From the NCBI GenBank assembly GCA_002269645.1, contig NIVC01000543.1:434001-498000 (forward strand): 64,000 nucleotides of DNA. Reading direction: 5' to 3'. This stretch comes from Macrostomum lignano. Lineage: Eukaryota. This document shows positions 11,559 through 24,541 of this stretch, piece by piece; the stretch's first letter is position 1; each line of letters starts with the position of its first letter. Position numbers and translations under genes: made by a program. The notes below the pieces were generated by a model. It had not been told where the DNA came from. It did not search any database and saw only the letters and a list, made by a program, of their open reading frames with translations.

Positions 11559-13057
11559 GCTGTCCGTCTGTCTGTCTGTCTGTCTACTGTCCGTCTGTCT
11601 GTCTGTCTGTCTGTCACCTGTGGCGGGCAGGCGTCCATGCAGGCGGCCACGCTCTCATGGAACCGGGGCAGCAGGAACAGGCCTGGCACGAACAGGGTGC
11701 GCAGGATTCTCTCGATGCCGAAGCCGCCCCGGGTGAGGCCCTGGGCCCGGTCAGTGATGGCCTTGATGAAGCCGGTGGGGTTCGCCTCCCGGTACAGACG
11801 GAGAACGAAGGCCTCCTGGGGAAATTTGGATTGAAAATTGAGAATCCTCTGGAGATAGAAAACGCACCACACAATGTGTCTGGGTCAGCCGGGTCAAGGA
11901 GGACCTGGTCAGATGGCTGGGTCAAGGAACAGTGGGTCAGATGAGTCAAGAATCTGGGTCAATGATCTGATCAGATGGGTCAATGACCTGATTAGATGGG
12001 TTAATGACCTGACCAGATGGGTCAAGGACCTGATCAGATGGGTCAATAACCTGATCAGATGGGTCAAGGACCTGATCAGATGGGTCAAGGACCTGATCAG
12101 ATGGGTCAAGGATCTGATCAGATGGGTCAAGGACCTGATCAGATGGGTTAAGGACCTGATCAGTAGATGGGTTAAGGACCTGATCAGATGGGTCAAGGAC
12201 CTGATCAGATGGATCAATAACCTGATCAGATGGGTCAAGGACCTGATCAGATGGGTCAATAACCTGATCAGATGGATCAATAACTTGATCAGATGGGTCA
12301 AGGACCTGATCAGATGGGTCAATAACCTGATCAGATGGGTCAAGGATCTGATCAGATGGGTCAATAACCTGATCAGATGGGTCAAGGATCTGATCAGATG
12401 GGTCAAGGATCTGATCAGATGGATCAATAACCTGATCAGATGGGTCAAGGACCTGATCAGATGGGTCAAGGACCTGATCAGATGGGTCAAGGACCTGATC
12501 AGATGGGTCAAGGATCTGAGCAGATGGGTCAAGGACCTGATCAGATGGGTCAAGGACCTGATCAGATGGGTTAAGGACCTGGGCCAACTGGGTCAAGGCC
12601 CGGGTCAAGGAGGAACTTAGTCAAGGCTCACCTGGCACAGGTCCAGCACCTCATCAGCGTGCATCACGATGATGCCGCTCACAGCATCGGCCGGCACCAC
12701 CGAGCGCAAAAAGTCGACCACGAGAATCTGGGCGGACGAGGCAAAAAACACGCCGCCTTCGTTGTAGAGCCGGCGCCTCTCAGCCTGCGGCTGCTCAGAG
12801 GTGAGGGCGCGAGGCGCCGGCGAGACAGGCGGGGCGCCGGAAGCGACGCAGGCGCGCTCGACGTACTCGGCGTAAAACGCGGCCTCGTCGGGCCTCGCGT
12901 TGACCACCAGCACCAGGTGGGCCGGGTCGGAGTAGAGGCGGATGAGCTGGGCGGCCAGCCGGTGCGGGCAGAGGCCGGCGCCGAGGACCGCTAAGCCGTC
13001 CTGGTGAAAGAGGTCCAGGAACAGCGCGCTCTCGTAGTCCAGCAGGCCGTCTGTAGA
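6232..13057 (-). CDS. ERCC4: DNA repair endonuclease XPF; exons 12632-13057, 11618-11815, 10917-11186, 9833-10077, 8551-9403, 7508-7717, 6232-6876 (948 aa without an initiator Met)
   Basis: [114 protein letters not shown] and a C-terminal HhH-like segment (LLRMPGV). All internal splice phases are consistent. Confidence 0.96.
6886..7470. repeat. 22/28-bp minisatellite, XPF intron 6
   Basis: Unit gatgactgggtgtgagatgaggtcattt. Confidence 0.92.
7815..8205. repeat. (AAACCT/AAACCC)n hexamer array, XPF intron 5
   Basis: Direct observation. Confidence 0.85.
8245..8489. mobile_element. TA-target MITE in XPF intron 5
   Basis: TA|CATGCGCAAC ... GTTGCGCATG|TA. Confidence 0.65.
10142..10817. repeat. 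20-bp minisatellite, XPF intron 3
   Basis: Unit cattgagtgcctgaaggatt. Confidence 0.95.
11313..11613. repeat. (GTCT)n microsatellite, XPF intron 2
   Basis: Direct observation. Confidence 0.92.
11950..12595. repeat. 21-bp minisatellite, XPF intron 1
   Basis: Unit gacctgatcagatgggtcaag. Confidence 0.95.
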
Positions 13058-13433
13058 CTGGAATTGGCCAGTTTATGTAAATGCAGATCCGGTGTATTAA
13101 TGAATGAGAAATGAACAGTTAGAATGTCAAAGAGAGATTCATTCATAGCCATTTTTTAACTTATAAAAGATGCACCCGCCACAAGGACAGTCGGTACACA
13201 GACATCTCGAATACAGTTAATTGGCCATTTATTTGAGGCGCAACTCGCATAACAATTGAAACAGATCCGGCTAAATATGCTTCATGCAAATAGTACTATA
13301 TACGAAAATCATTCAATTTCACCTACTAACAGTAGCAAGATGCAAAATGCGGCTGAAATAATAAAATTACAGTATAGACGTAACAGTTTAAATCAATCCA
13401 ATGTCACGGAGTCCGACTGAGCGGCAACTCAAA

Positions 13434-16400
13434 TCAGGTCTGAGTCATCTTCCTCTGCGGGTCGAACAGCAGCCGCTTGAAGTTCAGGCAAACCTCGACC
13501 GGCTCCGAGGCGCCGTCGCCGCCGCTGGCGCCTTTTTTGGCGCGCTTGCCGCCGCCGTAGCGCTGGCAGAATTCGTCCGACAGGGGCTCCGACATGCGGA
13601 CTGTGCACTTGCCGCTCTGCCCGAATGAGCCCTCGATGCGGCCCTGCTGTCCTGTGGACAGGGACACCTGGGGTTCCGGGGGGTGGGGCAGGCGTCACGG
13701 ATGGATGAAAGTGTCACAGCTGAGATTCCATCAAAATCTCATATATCAAAGAGATTGCTCGAAGCCTGTCATAATATCGATAGACAATCTTGTATAGATA
13801 GATCACAGTCTTGTAAGAAGATTTCAAAATCTCAGAGAGGTGAATCAAAATCTCAGAGAGGTGAATCAAAATCTCATAGAAGTGAATCAGAATCTCATAG
13901 AAGTGAATCAGAATATCATAGAAGTGAATCAGAATCTCATAGAAGTGAATCAGAATCTCATAGAAGTGAATCAGAATCTCATAGAAGTGAATCAGAATCT
14001 CATAGAAGTGAATCAGAATCTCATAGAAGTGAATCAGAATCTCATAGAAGTGAATCAGAATCACAGAACTGAATTAAAGTCTCACAGATACCCCGAGACA
14101 AAGAGATCAGTGACATCGAAGCCTTCCCCCCCCCGAATCGCGCACCTGCAGTCCAATAAAGACATCAAGCGCGGTCTCCTTTCGAAACAATCCAGTCACC
14201 ACCACGGTGTAGGGGTCCTTGACCCGGTCCAGCCGGCCTCGCCGACACTTTGGCCGGTAGACTCGAACGAGTTTGGGCAGCTGAGCAGTGCGATAGTCGG
14301 CTGAGGTGAGCAGCTCCAGCGGCCGGCCGTGCATGGCGATGCGGCACACGTTCTGGTTGATGTCCACGTCCAGCTTGGAGACTATCACCGTGGCGCTGGG
14401 CGGGGCCTGGGAGAATTATTGTTGCGTAATGGGATTTCATATTCATAACTGGGATATTGTACGCTGTGGTTTCTGTTACTGTGGGATAGAGATATAAGCT
14501 CAAAGTCTCGTTGGATAGAATATTCCCCTAATGTCAGATCAGAATTCCTCAATATGTCAGAGCCTGTCAGATTACAATTCCCCAGTATGTCGGAGAATGT
14601 ATGAGATTAGAATTCCCCAATATGTCAGAGCCTGTGTCAGATTAGAATTCCCCAATATGTCAGAGCCTGTATCAGATTACAATTCCCCAATATGCCAGAT
14701 CCTGTGTCAGATTACAATTCCCCAATATGTCAGAGCCTGTGTCAGATTACAATTCCCCAATATGTCAGAGCCTGTGTCAGATTACAATTCCCCAGTATGT
14801 CAGAGGCTGTGTCAGACTACAATTCCCCAATATGTCAGAGCCTGTGTAAGATTACAATTCCCCAATATGTCAGAGCCTGTGTCAGATTACAATTCCCCAA
14901 TATGTCAGAGCCTGTGTCAGATTACAATTCCCCAATATGTCAGAGGCTGTGTCAGACTACAATTCCCCAATATGTCAGAGCCTGTGTAAGATTACAATTC
15001 CCCAATATGTCAGAGCCTGTGTCAGATTACAATTCCCCAATATGTCAGAGCCTGTGTCAGATTACAATTCCCCAATATGTCAGAGGCTGTGTCAGACTAC
15101 AATTCCCCAATATGTCAGAGCCTGTGTCAGATTAGAATTCCCCAGTATGTCAGAGCCTGTATCAGATTACAATTCCCCAATATGCCAGAGCCTGTGTCAG
15201 ATTACAATTCCCCAATATGTCAGAGCCTGTATCAGATTACAATTCCCCAATATGCCAGATCCTGTGTCAGATTACAATTCCCCAATATGTCAGAGCCTGT
15301 GTCAGATTACAATTCCCCAATATGTCAGAGCCTGTGTCAGATTACAATTCCCCAGTATGTCAGAGGCTGTGTCAGACTACAATTCCCCAATATGTCAGAG
15401 CCTGTGTAAGATTACAATTCCCCAATATGTCAGAGCCTGTGTCAGATTACAATTCCCCAATATGTCAGAGCCTGTGTCAGATTACAATTCCCCAATATGT
15501 CAGAGGCTGTGTCAGACTACAATTCCCCAATATGTCAGAGCCTGTGTAAGATTACAATTCCCCAATATGTCAGAGCCTGTGTCAGATTACAATTCCCCAA
15601 TATGTCAGAGCCTGTGTCAGATTACAATTCCCCAATATGTCAGAGGCTGTGTCAGACTACAATTCCCCAATATGTCAGAGCCTGTGTCAGATTAGAATTC
15701 CCCAGTATGTCAGAGCCTGTATCAGATTACAATTCCCCAATATGCCAGAGCCTGTGTCAGATTAGAATTCCCCAATATGTCAGAGCCTGTATCAGATTAC
15801 AATTCCCCAATATGCCAGATCCTGTGTCAGATTACAATTCCCCAATATGTCAGAGCCTGTGTCAGATTACAATTCCCCAATATGTCAGAGCCTGTGTCAG
15901 ATTACAATTCCCCAGTATGTCAGAGGCTGTGTCAGACTACAATTCCCCAATATGTCAGAGCCTGTGTAAGATTACAATTCCCCAATATGTCAGAGCCTGT
16001 GTCAGATTACAATTCCCCAATATGTCAGAGCCTGTGTCAGATTACAATTCCCCAATATGTCAGAGGCTGTGTCAGACTACAATTCCCCAATATGTCAGAG
16101 CCTGTGTAAGATTACAATTCCCCAATATGTCAGAGCCTGTGTCAGATTACAATTCCCCAATATGTCAGAGCCTGTGTCAGATTACAATTCCCCAATATGT
16201 CAGAGGCTGTGTCAGACTACAATTCCCCAATATGTCAGAGCCTGTGTCAGATTAGAATTCCCCAGTATGTCAGAGCCTGTATCAGATTACAATTCCCCAA
16301 TATGCCAGAGCCTGTGTCAGATTACAATTCCCCAATATGTCAGAGGCTGTGTCAGACTACAATTCCCCAATATGTCAGAGCCTGTGTCAGATTACAATTC

Positions 16401-18506
16401 CCCAATATGTCAGAGCCTGTGTCAGATTACAATTCCCCAGTATGTCAGAGCCTGTGTCAGACGCTACTCCCCGATCAAGACTCACCAGAACAGGCCGCTC
16501 AAACTCCAGCAGGGCGTGCAGGCCGGGCGGGCAGTCCCGCATGCTGGCCTCGTCCAGGTATTCGCAGAACTGCTCGGCCAGCGGCTGGTCGGGCCGCGGC
16601 GCCTGGAACAGCAGCAGGCTGGCCATGGCGGTCTCGTGACCGAGGCTGACGTGCAGCTTGGACTTGGAGCGCACAGGCAGTTTGTAGTGCGGCACCGGAG
16701 ACACCGGCAGCAGCAGGGCGTGGATGGTGGGCACGGAGCCGGGCGCGCACACCAGGCCGCGCTCGAGCAGGCGCGGGTCCAGCTGGGTGACGCAGAGGCC
16801 CAGCCGGTCGCCCTGCTGAGCGAAATCGACCGGCTTGCGGAATACCTGAGTTGGGGGGGGGGGGCTTGGCTTAGTAATAATGCGAGCATATTACAGCTAT
16901 ACTACTGTTAGGGCTGTGACATTCTGGGTCCACGAGCAACTCAAAACCTTTTAGTGCAAAATGATGCTACTACTGCTACTACTATATTAGTACTACTACA
17001 ATTAGTAATACTAATAATATTAGTAATATCACTACTACCACTAATACTACTACTATTAGTACTACTGATAGTACCATTAATACTATTACTACTATTAATA
17101 CTATTACCTACTACAATTAGTACTACTAATACTATAGTACTACCACTACTACTACTACTACTGCTATTATTATTACTACTACTAATACCACTACTACTAT
17201 TATTACTACTACTACTATTAGTGCTACTACTACTATTAGTACTACTACTACTACTATTAGTACTACTACTACTATTAGTAATACTACTACTGATACTACT
17301 TACTGTTAATACTACTTTTCCACAAAGATAAATACATACGAGCTGACCTGCCGCCGAACACACCCATGCAGAAAAAACATATTTTCAATGCCCCCACCCT
17401 ATGACTGCCCCCTCCAGCCAGACAGCCGATCCCAGCCTCACCTGCATCCCTTTGACTCGACGCTGCTCGTGCGCGACCTCCACGGTGTCGCCAACGCGAA
17501 CGCAGCCGGCCAGGACGGTGCCGGTCAGCACGGTGCCCTGGCCGCGGATGCCGTAGCAGTGGTCCACGGCGAATAGAAACGGACCGGCGGGGCTTCGAGT
17601 GGGCACCGGCGCGGTGGCAACCAGCTGCTTGACGAGATTCGCCAGGCCGATAGGCTCGGGAGCGGCGGCGTCGGGTGCGTCGCCTCCCGACGGGCTGGCG
17701 GCCACGGCTGCCACGGGACAGTTGGCGAACTTCGTGCCGGCCAGGGTCTTCAGCAGGCGCTTGCTCAGCCGGTCCAGGGAGCGGTCGCGCTCCGCTTCCG
17801 GGAGGAGATCCACCTGCGATGAACCGCTTGGCAGTGGAATTGTCTGGGAAATTCCCCTAGGCAATCTTGAAACCCACTGAAAAATTCCTCTAGAGAATTT
17901 CAAATCCTAACAGAAAAATTCCCTTACAGAATCTTAAATCCTACTGAGAAATTCCGCTAGAGAATCTTAAATCCTGCTGAAAAATTCCCCTAGATAATCT
18001 TAAATCCTGCTGAGAAAGTGCTTACACAAAGACTAAACAAATAACAGTGAGTTCGCACTCTGCACCTTATTGATGACAAGCAGCAGGCAGGAGCAGACGA
18101 TCTCGGCCAGCACCAGGCACTCTGCAGTCTGGGTCTGGATGCCCTTAGTAGCGTCCACAACCAGCATCACCGCGTCGATAATCTGGGCACCGCCGATGAC
18201 CGCGCGAATAAGCGATGCGTGTCCGGGACAGTCAACCAGTGTGAACTGCAATTCGGCCGGTCGGCCCCAGCGCTCGGACAGTTCGGCCGGCAGCCGCCGC
18301 CAGGAGCTGCCAGTGGCGGAAGAGTCTTCGTCAGCAAAAGACACGCTGAAAGTTGAGAAGCCCAGGTCCAGGGTGATGCCGCGCTCCTGACTCTGCGGAT
18401 TCTTGTCGAAGCTGGCCGTGCTGGCCTGGGTGCTTAGCGCCTTGGACAGCGAGGTCTTGCCGCTGTCCACGTGACCCAGCACGCCAATGTTCACGTTCAG
18501 CGGCAT
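13434..18506 (-). CDS. EEFSEC: Selenocysteine-specific elongation factor; exons 18066-18506, 17442-17813, 16486-16845, 14146-14406, 13434-13667 (555 aa)
   Basis: NVNIGVLGHVDSGKTSL, ASFDKNPQSQERGITLDLGFS, LVDCPGHASLIRAVIGGAQIID, FAVDHCYGIRGQGTVLTGTV, GRIEGSFGQSGK. All exons are phase 0 with GT-AG sites. Confidence 0.95.
13828..14065. repeat. 21-bp minisatellite, EEFSEC intron 4
   Basis: Unit aatcagaatctcatagaagtg. Confidence 0.92.
14531..16461. repeat. 35-bp minisatellite with 560-bp higher-order period, EEFSEC intron 3
   Basis: Unit cagattacaattccccaatatgtcagagcctgtgt; variant tatgccagat occurs at 14691, 15251 and 15811. Confidence 0.95.
16960..17312. repeat. (ACT/ATT)n low-complexity tract, EEFSEC intron 2
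   Basis: Direct observation. Confidence 0.85.
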
Positions 18507-18721
18507 GCCTTCAGTGCCGGGCACAGCTGCAAGGCGGCCACAAATCATTGCAGTCTCTGCGAAGTATTTTTCAATCTGATAGCTAGAATCCTGAGGTGCC
18601 TGACCCGCTAAAGGTGACCAGGTGTGGCCTGCTGTGTACAGCTTGTGAAGTGCCAACAATAGACTTAGGCCGAGAAGCGCCCCAGACTCATTGCAAGTAA
18701 CGCAGGTACAAAATAGGAAAG

Positions 18722-19497
18722 AAGTGACTCTAGACGACTCTAAAACCACGAGACGTCACGGTAAAAGTCGTCAAAGAGTCTTTTATTGCCTGAACTCTGA
18801 AACGCCGTGACGCTAGTGACTCTGGGGCCGTAGAGTCATATCCACGGATATTAAAAAATAACTAGATGGGCCACTCAGGCATATATACTTAGTAAAACAG
18901 CTTCCTACTTTCAGTTCAGTAGCAAAAAAGAATACATAAGCTATTTTATAAAAATAGAGGCAGCTGAAATAACGTTGATAAGTTTACAAGCCCAAGCTTG
19001 CAGGCGTAAACAACTTGCTAATTTGTTCAGCAGTAATGTACATTAACCAGTCCACTGAAATATGTACATCGCAGCTTTAGGGTAGAATTCCGAGAAAAGC
19101 AATAAAAATTGGGGTGGGGCGGAGGGGGTAGGGTGGAAGGGCGCGGTTGGAGGGTTTAAGCTGGGGGGGGGGTAGGAGCCAATAAAGTAGCCTTGGCTTT
19201 ACAAATACGTTAAAATGCTTGTCTAACCTACTACTGAACTGAAAGTAGCTTACTCGCAAATGTGCTGAGTGGCTTATCTAGTTATTCTAGTATCTGTGGT
19301 CATTTCTAGCTGAGGCGTGCCAGAGTCGCTGTAGAAGCACTGAGTTGCCTCTAAAGCGCATCTGCGTCACTTGATGAATTAGAAAGTTAAGCGCCAACAA
19401 AGATCAAATTTTTTCCCGCCTCTCCGTCGCATTGCAGTAGTTTGAGTCGTTAAAAAGTCGCAAGTGTTGCCCCCAGAGAGTCGCTAGAGTCACTCTT
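18722..19497. mobile_element. Two nested MITE-like elements upstream of EEFSEC (inner ~18859-19284)
   Basis: Outer inverted pair gtgactctagacgactct and agagtcgctagagtcac. Inner pairs taactagatgggccactcag and ctgagtggcttatctagtta, plus a perfect 18-bp ctactttcagttcagtag and ctactgaactgaaagtag. Confidence 0.6.
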
Positions 19498-19993
19498 TAG
19501 CGATTCTTGCCACTTCAGCTGTATTTGCCACTTGTTAGTGGTATGTTGCTTACTAACCGCTACCAACTTTGCTTAACTTAGCGCCGATCGAACTGGGCCA
19601 GCGGAAATCGACATTAATTCAGTCAAATCTTTTATAATTAATAAGCAGTCTGTATAAAACCAGTACTAAGATATATTTAAGCAATATATTCACAATATTG
19701 ACAAATGTATAGTGACAAGTTGCAAACAGTAATAAATCAGTTAGCACAGGTATTAAGTGACTTGGAATCTTAATTAACAATATTTTAAATTAAAGCGAAT
19801 GATCGATCAATATCATGCATTATTGCCAATCTGCTTGTCTCTTGGATCCAGCGTTAATTGGGTAATTTAAAATCGTTGATTCCGCAATCACTGTCCTGAT
19901 TATTGAATTTTTATGAGCCAGAATAAGCAAAACAAGAGTGAAAATTTCTATAAAAGGGAGTTCGTTGTGAGGCTTGACTACAGTAGCTTATGT

Positions 19994-20680
19994 GTCTGCG
20001 CTGTCTATCCACTGCTTAATTCATCTGTCTGCAGTGTCTATCCACTGCTTAATTCATCCGTCTGCAGTGTCTATCCACTGCTTAATTCATCTGTCTGCAG
20101 TGTCTATCCACTGCTTAATTCATCCGTCTGCAGTGTCTATCCACTGCTTATTTCATCTGTCTGCAGTGTCTATCCACTGTTTAATTCATCTGTCTGCAGT
20201 GTCTATCCACTGCTTAATTCATCTGTCTGCAGTGTCTATCCACTGCTTAATTCATCTGTCTGCCCTGTCTATCCACTGCTTAATTCATCTGTCTGCAGTG
20301 TCTATCCACAGCTTAATTCATCTGTCTGCAGTGTCTATCCACTGCTTAATTCATCTGTCTGCACTGTCTATCCACTGCTTAATTCATCTGTCTGCAGTGT
20401 CTATCCACAGCTTAATTCATCTGTCTGCAGTGTCTATCCACTGCTTAATTCATCTGTCTGCACTGTCTATCCACTGCTTAATTCATCTGTCTGCAGTGTC
20501 TATCCACAGCTTAATTTATCTGTCTGCAGTGTCTATCCACTGCTTAATTCATCTGTCTGCAGTGTCTATCCACTGCTTAATTCATCTGTCTGCACTGTCT
20601 ATCCACTGCTTAATTCATCTGTCTGCAGTGTCTATCCACTGCTTAATTCATCTGTCTGCCCTGTCTATCCACTGCTTAAT
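19994..20680. repeat. 33-bp minisatellite between BORCS5 and EEFSEC
   Basis: Unit gtctatccactgcttaattcatctgtctgcagt. Confidence 0.95.
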
Positions 20681-20905
20681 TAGCGCAGCTCACCCTTTCA
20701 CTGTGTAATGACAATGATGCATGGCAGGGCACCTTGCTGCAACGTCTTTGGCGACATCGTCCCACAACTAAAGCGCTGAGGCAATCTGCCCATTCCGCAG
20801 ACTCCTGAACACACACAGGCGCGACAATACTGTACTCACGCAGGCTTCATCTCTGCGCCTTCATGGGTACGAGGCGGTGGATATTCAATGTTGCTGCTGA
20901 TCAAT

Positions 20906-22308
20906 TCAATCTAATAGAGAATTCGCAGGGCTTGGCGTGGAGGCATTCGAGGCTCCGGCAGCGCGACTTGCTGCTGCTGCAGTGGAAACAGCAGAGCTGT
21001 CAGACTGCTGCTGCTGCGGCAGGGTGGACTGCCAGGAAAACGGCTCCAGCTGGCAGTCGGCTGGCAGAGCGGAGTTCAGCTCCTCCATCAGGGCGCCGAG
21101 GTGCCTGAAAAGGGGGGCCGCGGGGTGAAGCTGCAACTGACTGCAGGGCACAGACTGAATCTACCCTGAAGATAATTAAACTTTTAATATACGGATCACT
21201 TATGCGTAAATAATATAAGCGTATTACAGAATCCGAACAATAGACTACAGAATCCGACTAATATGTTACAGAATCTGACCAATAGATTACAGAATCTAAC
21301 CAATATATTACAGAATCTGACCAATAGATTACAGAATCCGACTAATAGATTACAGAATCTGATCAATAGATTACAGAATCCGACTAATAGATTACAGAAT
21401 CTGATCAATAGATTACAGAATCTGACCAACAAATTACAGAATCTGATCAATAGATGACAGAATCTGACCAATAGATTACAGAATCCGACCAACAGATTAC
21501 AGAATCTGACTAACTGATTACAGAATCTGACTAACTGATAGATTACAGAATCCGACCAACAGATTACAGAATCTGACTAACTGATTACAGAATCAAACAT
21601 AAATGCCAGAATCCAGTTTCAAACTCAGACTAGCCACAGTAGCCAGGCATGCCCTCACTTTGCGTGACTCCGCATCCTGGTAAGCATGCTCCTCAGCTCC
21701 GTGACCTTGTGAATTTGCTCGGCCAGCCGCTGGAACTTCTTGTGCCGCTCCTGCAGGCTGTCGTGAATGGACTTAGACCCGGCCTCCAGCTCCTTGATGC
21801 GGCCACACAGCGAGTTCTGATCGAACGCCACGGCCTCGGCGCACTGCTTCAGGTGCTCCTGGTAGCGGGCGCAGAAGTGCAGCAGGCTGCGGTGGTCCAC
21901 TCGCTCCGCGGCCGGAGCCGCCGACGCCGAGCTGTCCAAGGCGTGTCCGGTCGACGTGGCCGACGATTTGATCAGCGGCATAAAAGTTGGCTGAGTGCCA
22001 AGCGCGCGCAACTCGTCGCTAACGGCGGCGCTGTCGGGCCTGGGGCCGGAGTTCACCACCACAATGCGATGCTTGCCATCGTCCGCAGTAGACGAACTGC
22101 CGCTCGCCGGAGCTGCCGCGGTGTTGGCAGCAGCCGAGTTGCCATGGAGATTAAAGTTTGACTGAGGCGGGCTGGAGTCGCTGCCAATCGGCCTGTTGAC
22201 GGAATACTGGTGGCTGGGCGCGGCTTTGCCGGCCGCCGATGACGAGCCTCCGGGATGCTGGCGCCTGTCTGATGAAGCTCCGCCGCCGCTGCTGGACTCG
22301 TTGCCCAT
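20906..22308 (-). CDS. BORCS5: BLOC-1-related complex subunit 5 (myrlysin/LOH12CR1); exons 21659-22308 and 20906-21104 (282 aa)
   Basis: N-terminal MG myristoylation-like start (MGNESS), IVVV, PTFMPLIK, RYQEHLKQCAEAVAFDQNSL, LNSALP..LEPFS. Phase-2 intron GCAAA|gtgagg ... tttcag|G. Confidence 0.9.
21215..21595. repeat. 21-bp minisatellite, BORCS5 intron
   Basis: Unit aatagattacagaatctgacc. Confidence 0.9.
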
Positions 22309-23182
22309 AGCAACTAAATTTTCTGCTCGAACTGCTGCAGTGTAAATAGGATTTGATGAATTTACTTGAAACAAACTACTGATGTTGCTACTGCTAGTAG
22401 AAATGCAAGAATATCTGCAGAATATTTCACCTAAATAACAAATGAAATCAAAACAGACCAAAGCCTTTCGTTCGCATTTTTTCTATCCAAATCCAGCGCG
22501 TTGCTCCAGCAATGGAGCAGCAGAAATTTACAGGGCGAAACTTTTTTCTATTAAAAAAAGCTTTGAAAATCTTGCTATTATTGAAGGCAGTTGAGAATTG
22601 AGGCAACAGAAATGCCAAATCATTGAAAAAACCATGACAAGTCAAAACTTTAAAAGCAGCCATCAGTTCACAATAAGTAGACAAGAGTTTAACGAGTCAA
22701 GGATTGCTAACGCATCCACACAAGTAATCAGATATTACCAAAATTAAGGGTTAGTTTTTGATATATTATCCGTATATTTATTCCAATTCAGTTCAAAACG
22801 TTAATTAACGCTATAATATAGGTTAAATATGACTCAAATTGGGTCAAAATGATTCAAATATCGGTCAAATGACTCCCCGCCGGGCTGAATTTAGCCGTCT
22901 TTTATCCGATGTGTTGTCCGGAGTTTAATCCGGCAGGAATAGCAAATTTACATGCAAAAAAACGGACGAAAACCGGACGAAAAGTTTACAAAACGGATGA
23001 AAGTGTTGAAAATATGACGTTTATCCGGTTTGGTATCCGGCTGTGTGTCCGGTTATTGCCCGATAAGTAATCCGGAGGAAGCCGGATGGGAGAGCGGAGC
23101 CAATTCCGGATGAAAACCGGATGAAATGTATGGATGTTACAGCCGGATAAGAAACCGGAGCCATTTCCGGATCAAATGTATG

Positions 23183-23697
23183 CCCGGTTAAAAAAAAGAC
23201 GGTCGCCAAAATGGCTTGCGACTGTTCATTCCGCGACCGTTGGTCGACCGTATGTCGACCGTTCGTCGACCGTTGCCTGTCACGCGTCGACCGTTGATTT
23301 TCGACCGTCGTTTTCGTCGACCTTTGCGACTAACAATGCGACCGTTTGGGGACCTACTCCTGCGACCGTTCCTGCGACCGTCCATCGACCGTTCCCACGA
23401 CCGTCCATCGACCATTCCCGCGACCGTCCATCGACCGTTCCCACGACCGTCTATCGACCGTTCCCACGACCGTCTATCGACCGTTCCCGCGCCCGTTCCT
23501 GCGACCGTCCATCGACCATTCCTGCGACCGTCCATCGACTGTTCATCGACCGTTCCTGCGACCGGTCGTTCACATGGTCGCATCCGGCGACCGTGCTTAA
23601 CGGGCGCTGGAATGGTCGCAATAATAGTCGACGCCGGCCATCACGGTCGCAGGACGGTCGAGGGCCCTGAAATGCGACCGTTATTTTTTTAACCGGG
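23183..23697. mobile_element. MITE nested in the 22.9-25.3 kb element
   Basis: TIRs CCCGGTTAAAAAAAAGACGGTCGC and GCGACCGTTATTTTTTTAACCGGG, 3-bp TSD ATG, interior made of cgaccgt repeats. Confidence 0.85.
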
Positions 23698-23937
23698 ATG
23701 GATACCTGTATACTGTCGTCGGATAATAATGGACATTCTAGATGCTTATTACTCAGCCTTAATTTGTGCTCTTTACAGCGGCTTCCAAAGGTTTGGCACA
23801 AAAATTGCACTATGTGGCGGCTATTATAGCTACGGCTCCTGCTCCTATCTATAGCTGCTGCTCCTGCTATGATTCTGCTCGTATCTGTATGAACAAGCGA
23901 GGAGCTCTAGAGAAGCTTACTAGTAGAAAGCTTTCGG

Positions 23938-24541
23938 CAGGGGCGCGTCCAGAGGTTTCAGGATGGGGGGCCGATCAGGAGAGGGGAGAGAAGAGAGAGG
24001 AAGGATGAAAGAAGAGAGAAGAGATGAGATAGGAGAGATGAAAGAGGGGAAAGGAGAGATGAGAGAGCAGAGACAAGAAATGTGACAGTAGAGCTAGAAC
24101 AGAGGAGAGAGGAGAGGGAAGAGAAATATGTGAGAGCAGACATGAGAGACAGTGGGAGAGAAGTGGAGTGGATGGGAGGAGAAAGGAGAAAAAAGGGGGG
24201 AGAATCGAGAGGACAAGAAGAGAGGGGAAGGGAGAGAAGAGGGAGGAGAGGAAAGAGAAGAATGGAGAAGGGAGAGAGTAGAAAGAAGAGGAGATGGGAG
24301 AGCAGGAGAGGTGAGAGATGAGAGGGAGGAGAGAGTAGAGACGAAAGAGAAGAGGTGAGGGAAGATGGACGAGAGAAGAGGGGAGATATAAGCGAAAATA
24401 ATTCCGGGGATCAGAATTCCACATGTTCAAAATCCGCGGGTTTCAACAGCTAAGGTAAAAAAACTGAAAGTGGGGGGCCCATGGCTTTACAGGGGGGGCC
24501 TGGGCCCCCTAGCCCCCCCCCCCCCCTTGGACGGGCCACTG
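23938..24541. mobile_element. hAT-like MITE with GA-rich interior, nested
   Basis: Perfect 8-bp TSD GCTTTCGG; imperfect TIRs CAGGGGCGCGTCCA and TGGACGGGCCACTG. Confidence 0.85.

Noticed and set aside
14531-16461. CRISPR-like array (also considered for the 45- and 51-bp arrays)
   Set aside because: Units are contiguous with no unique spacers, there are no cas genes, and the context is eukaryotic.
23975-24430. Leu/Ser/Phe-rich membrane-like ORF
   Set aside because: It is the translation of the GA-rich interior of a MITE.
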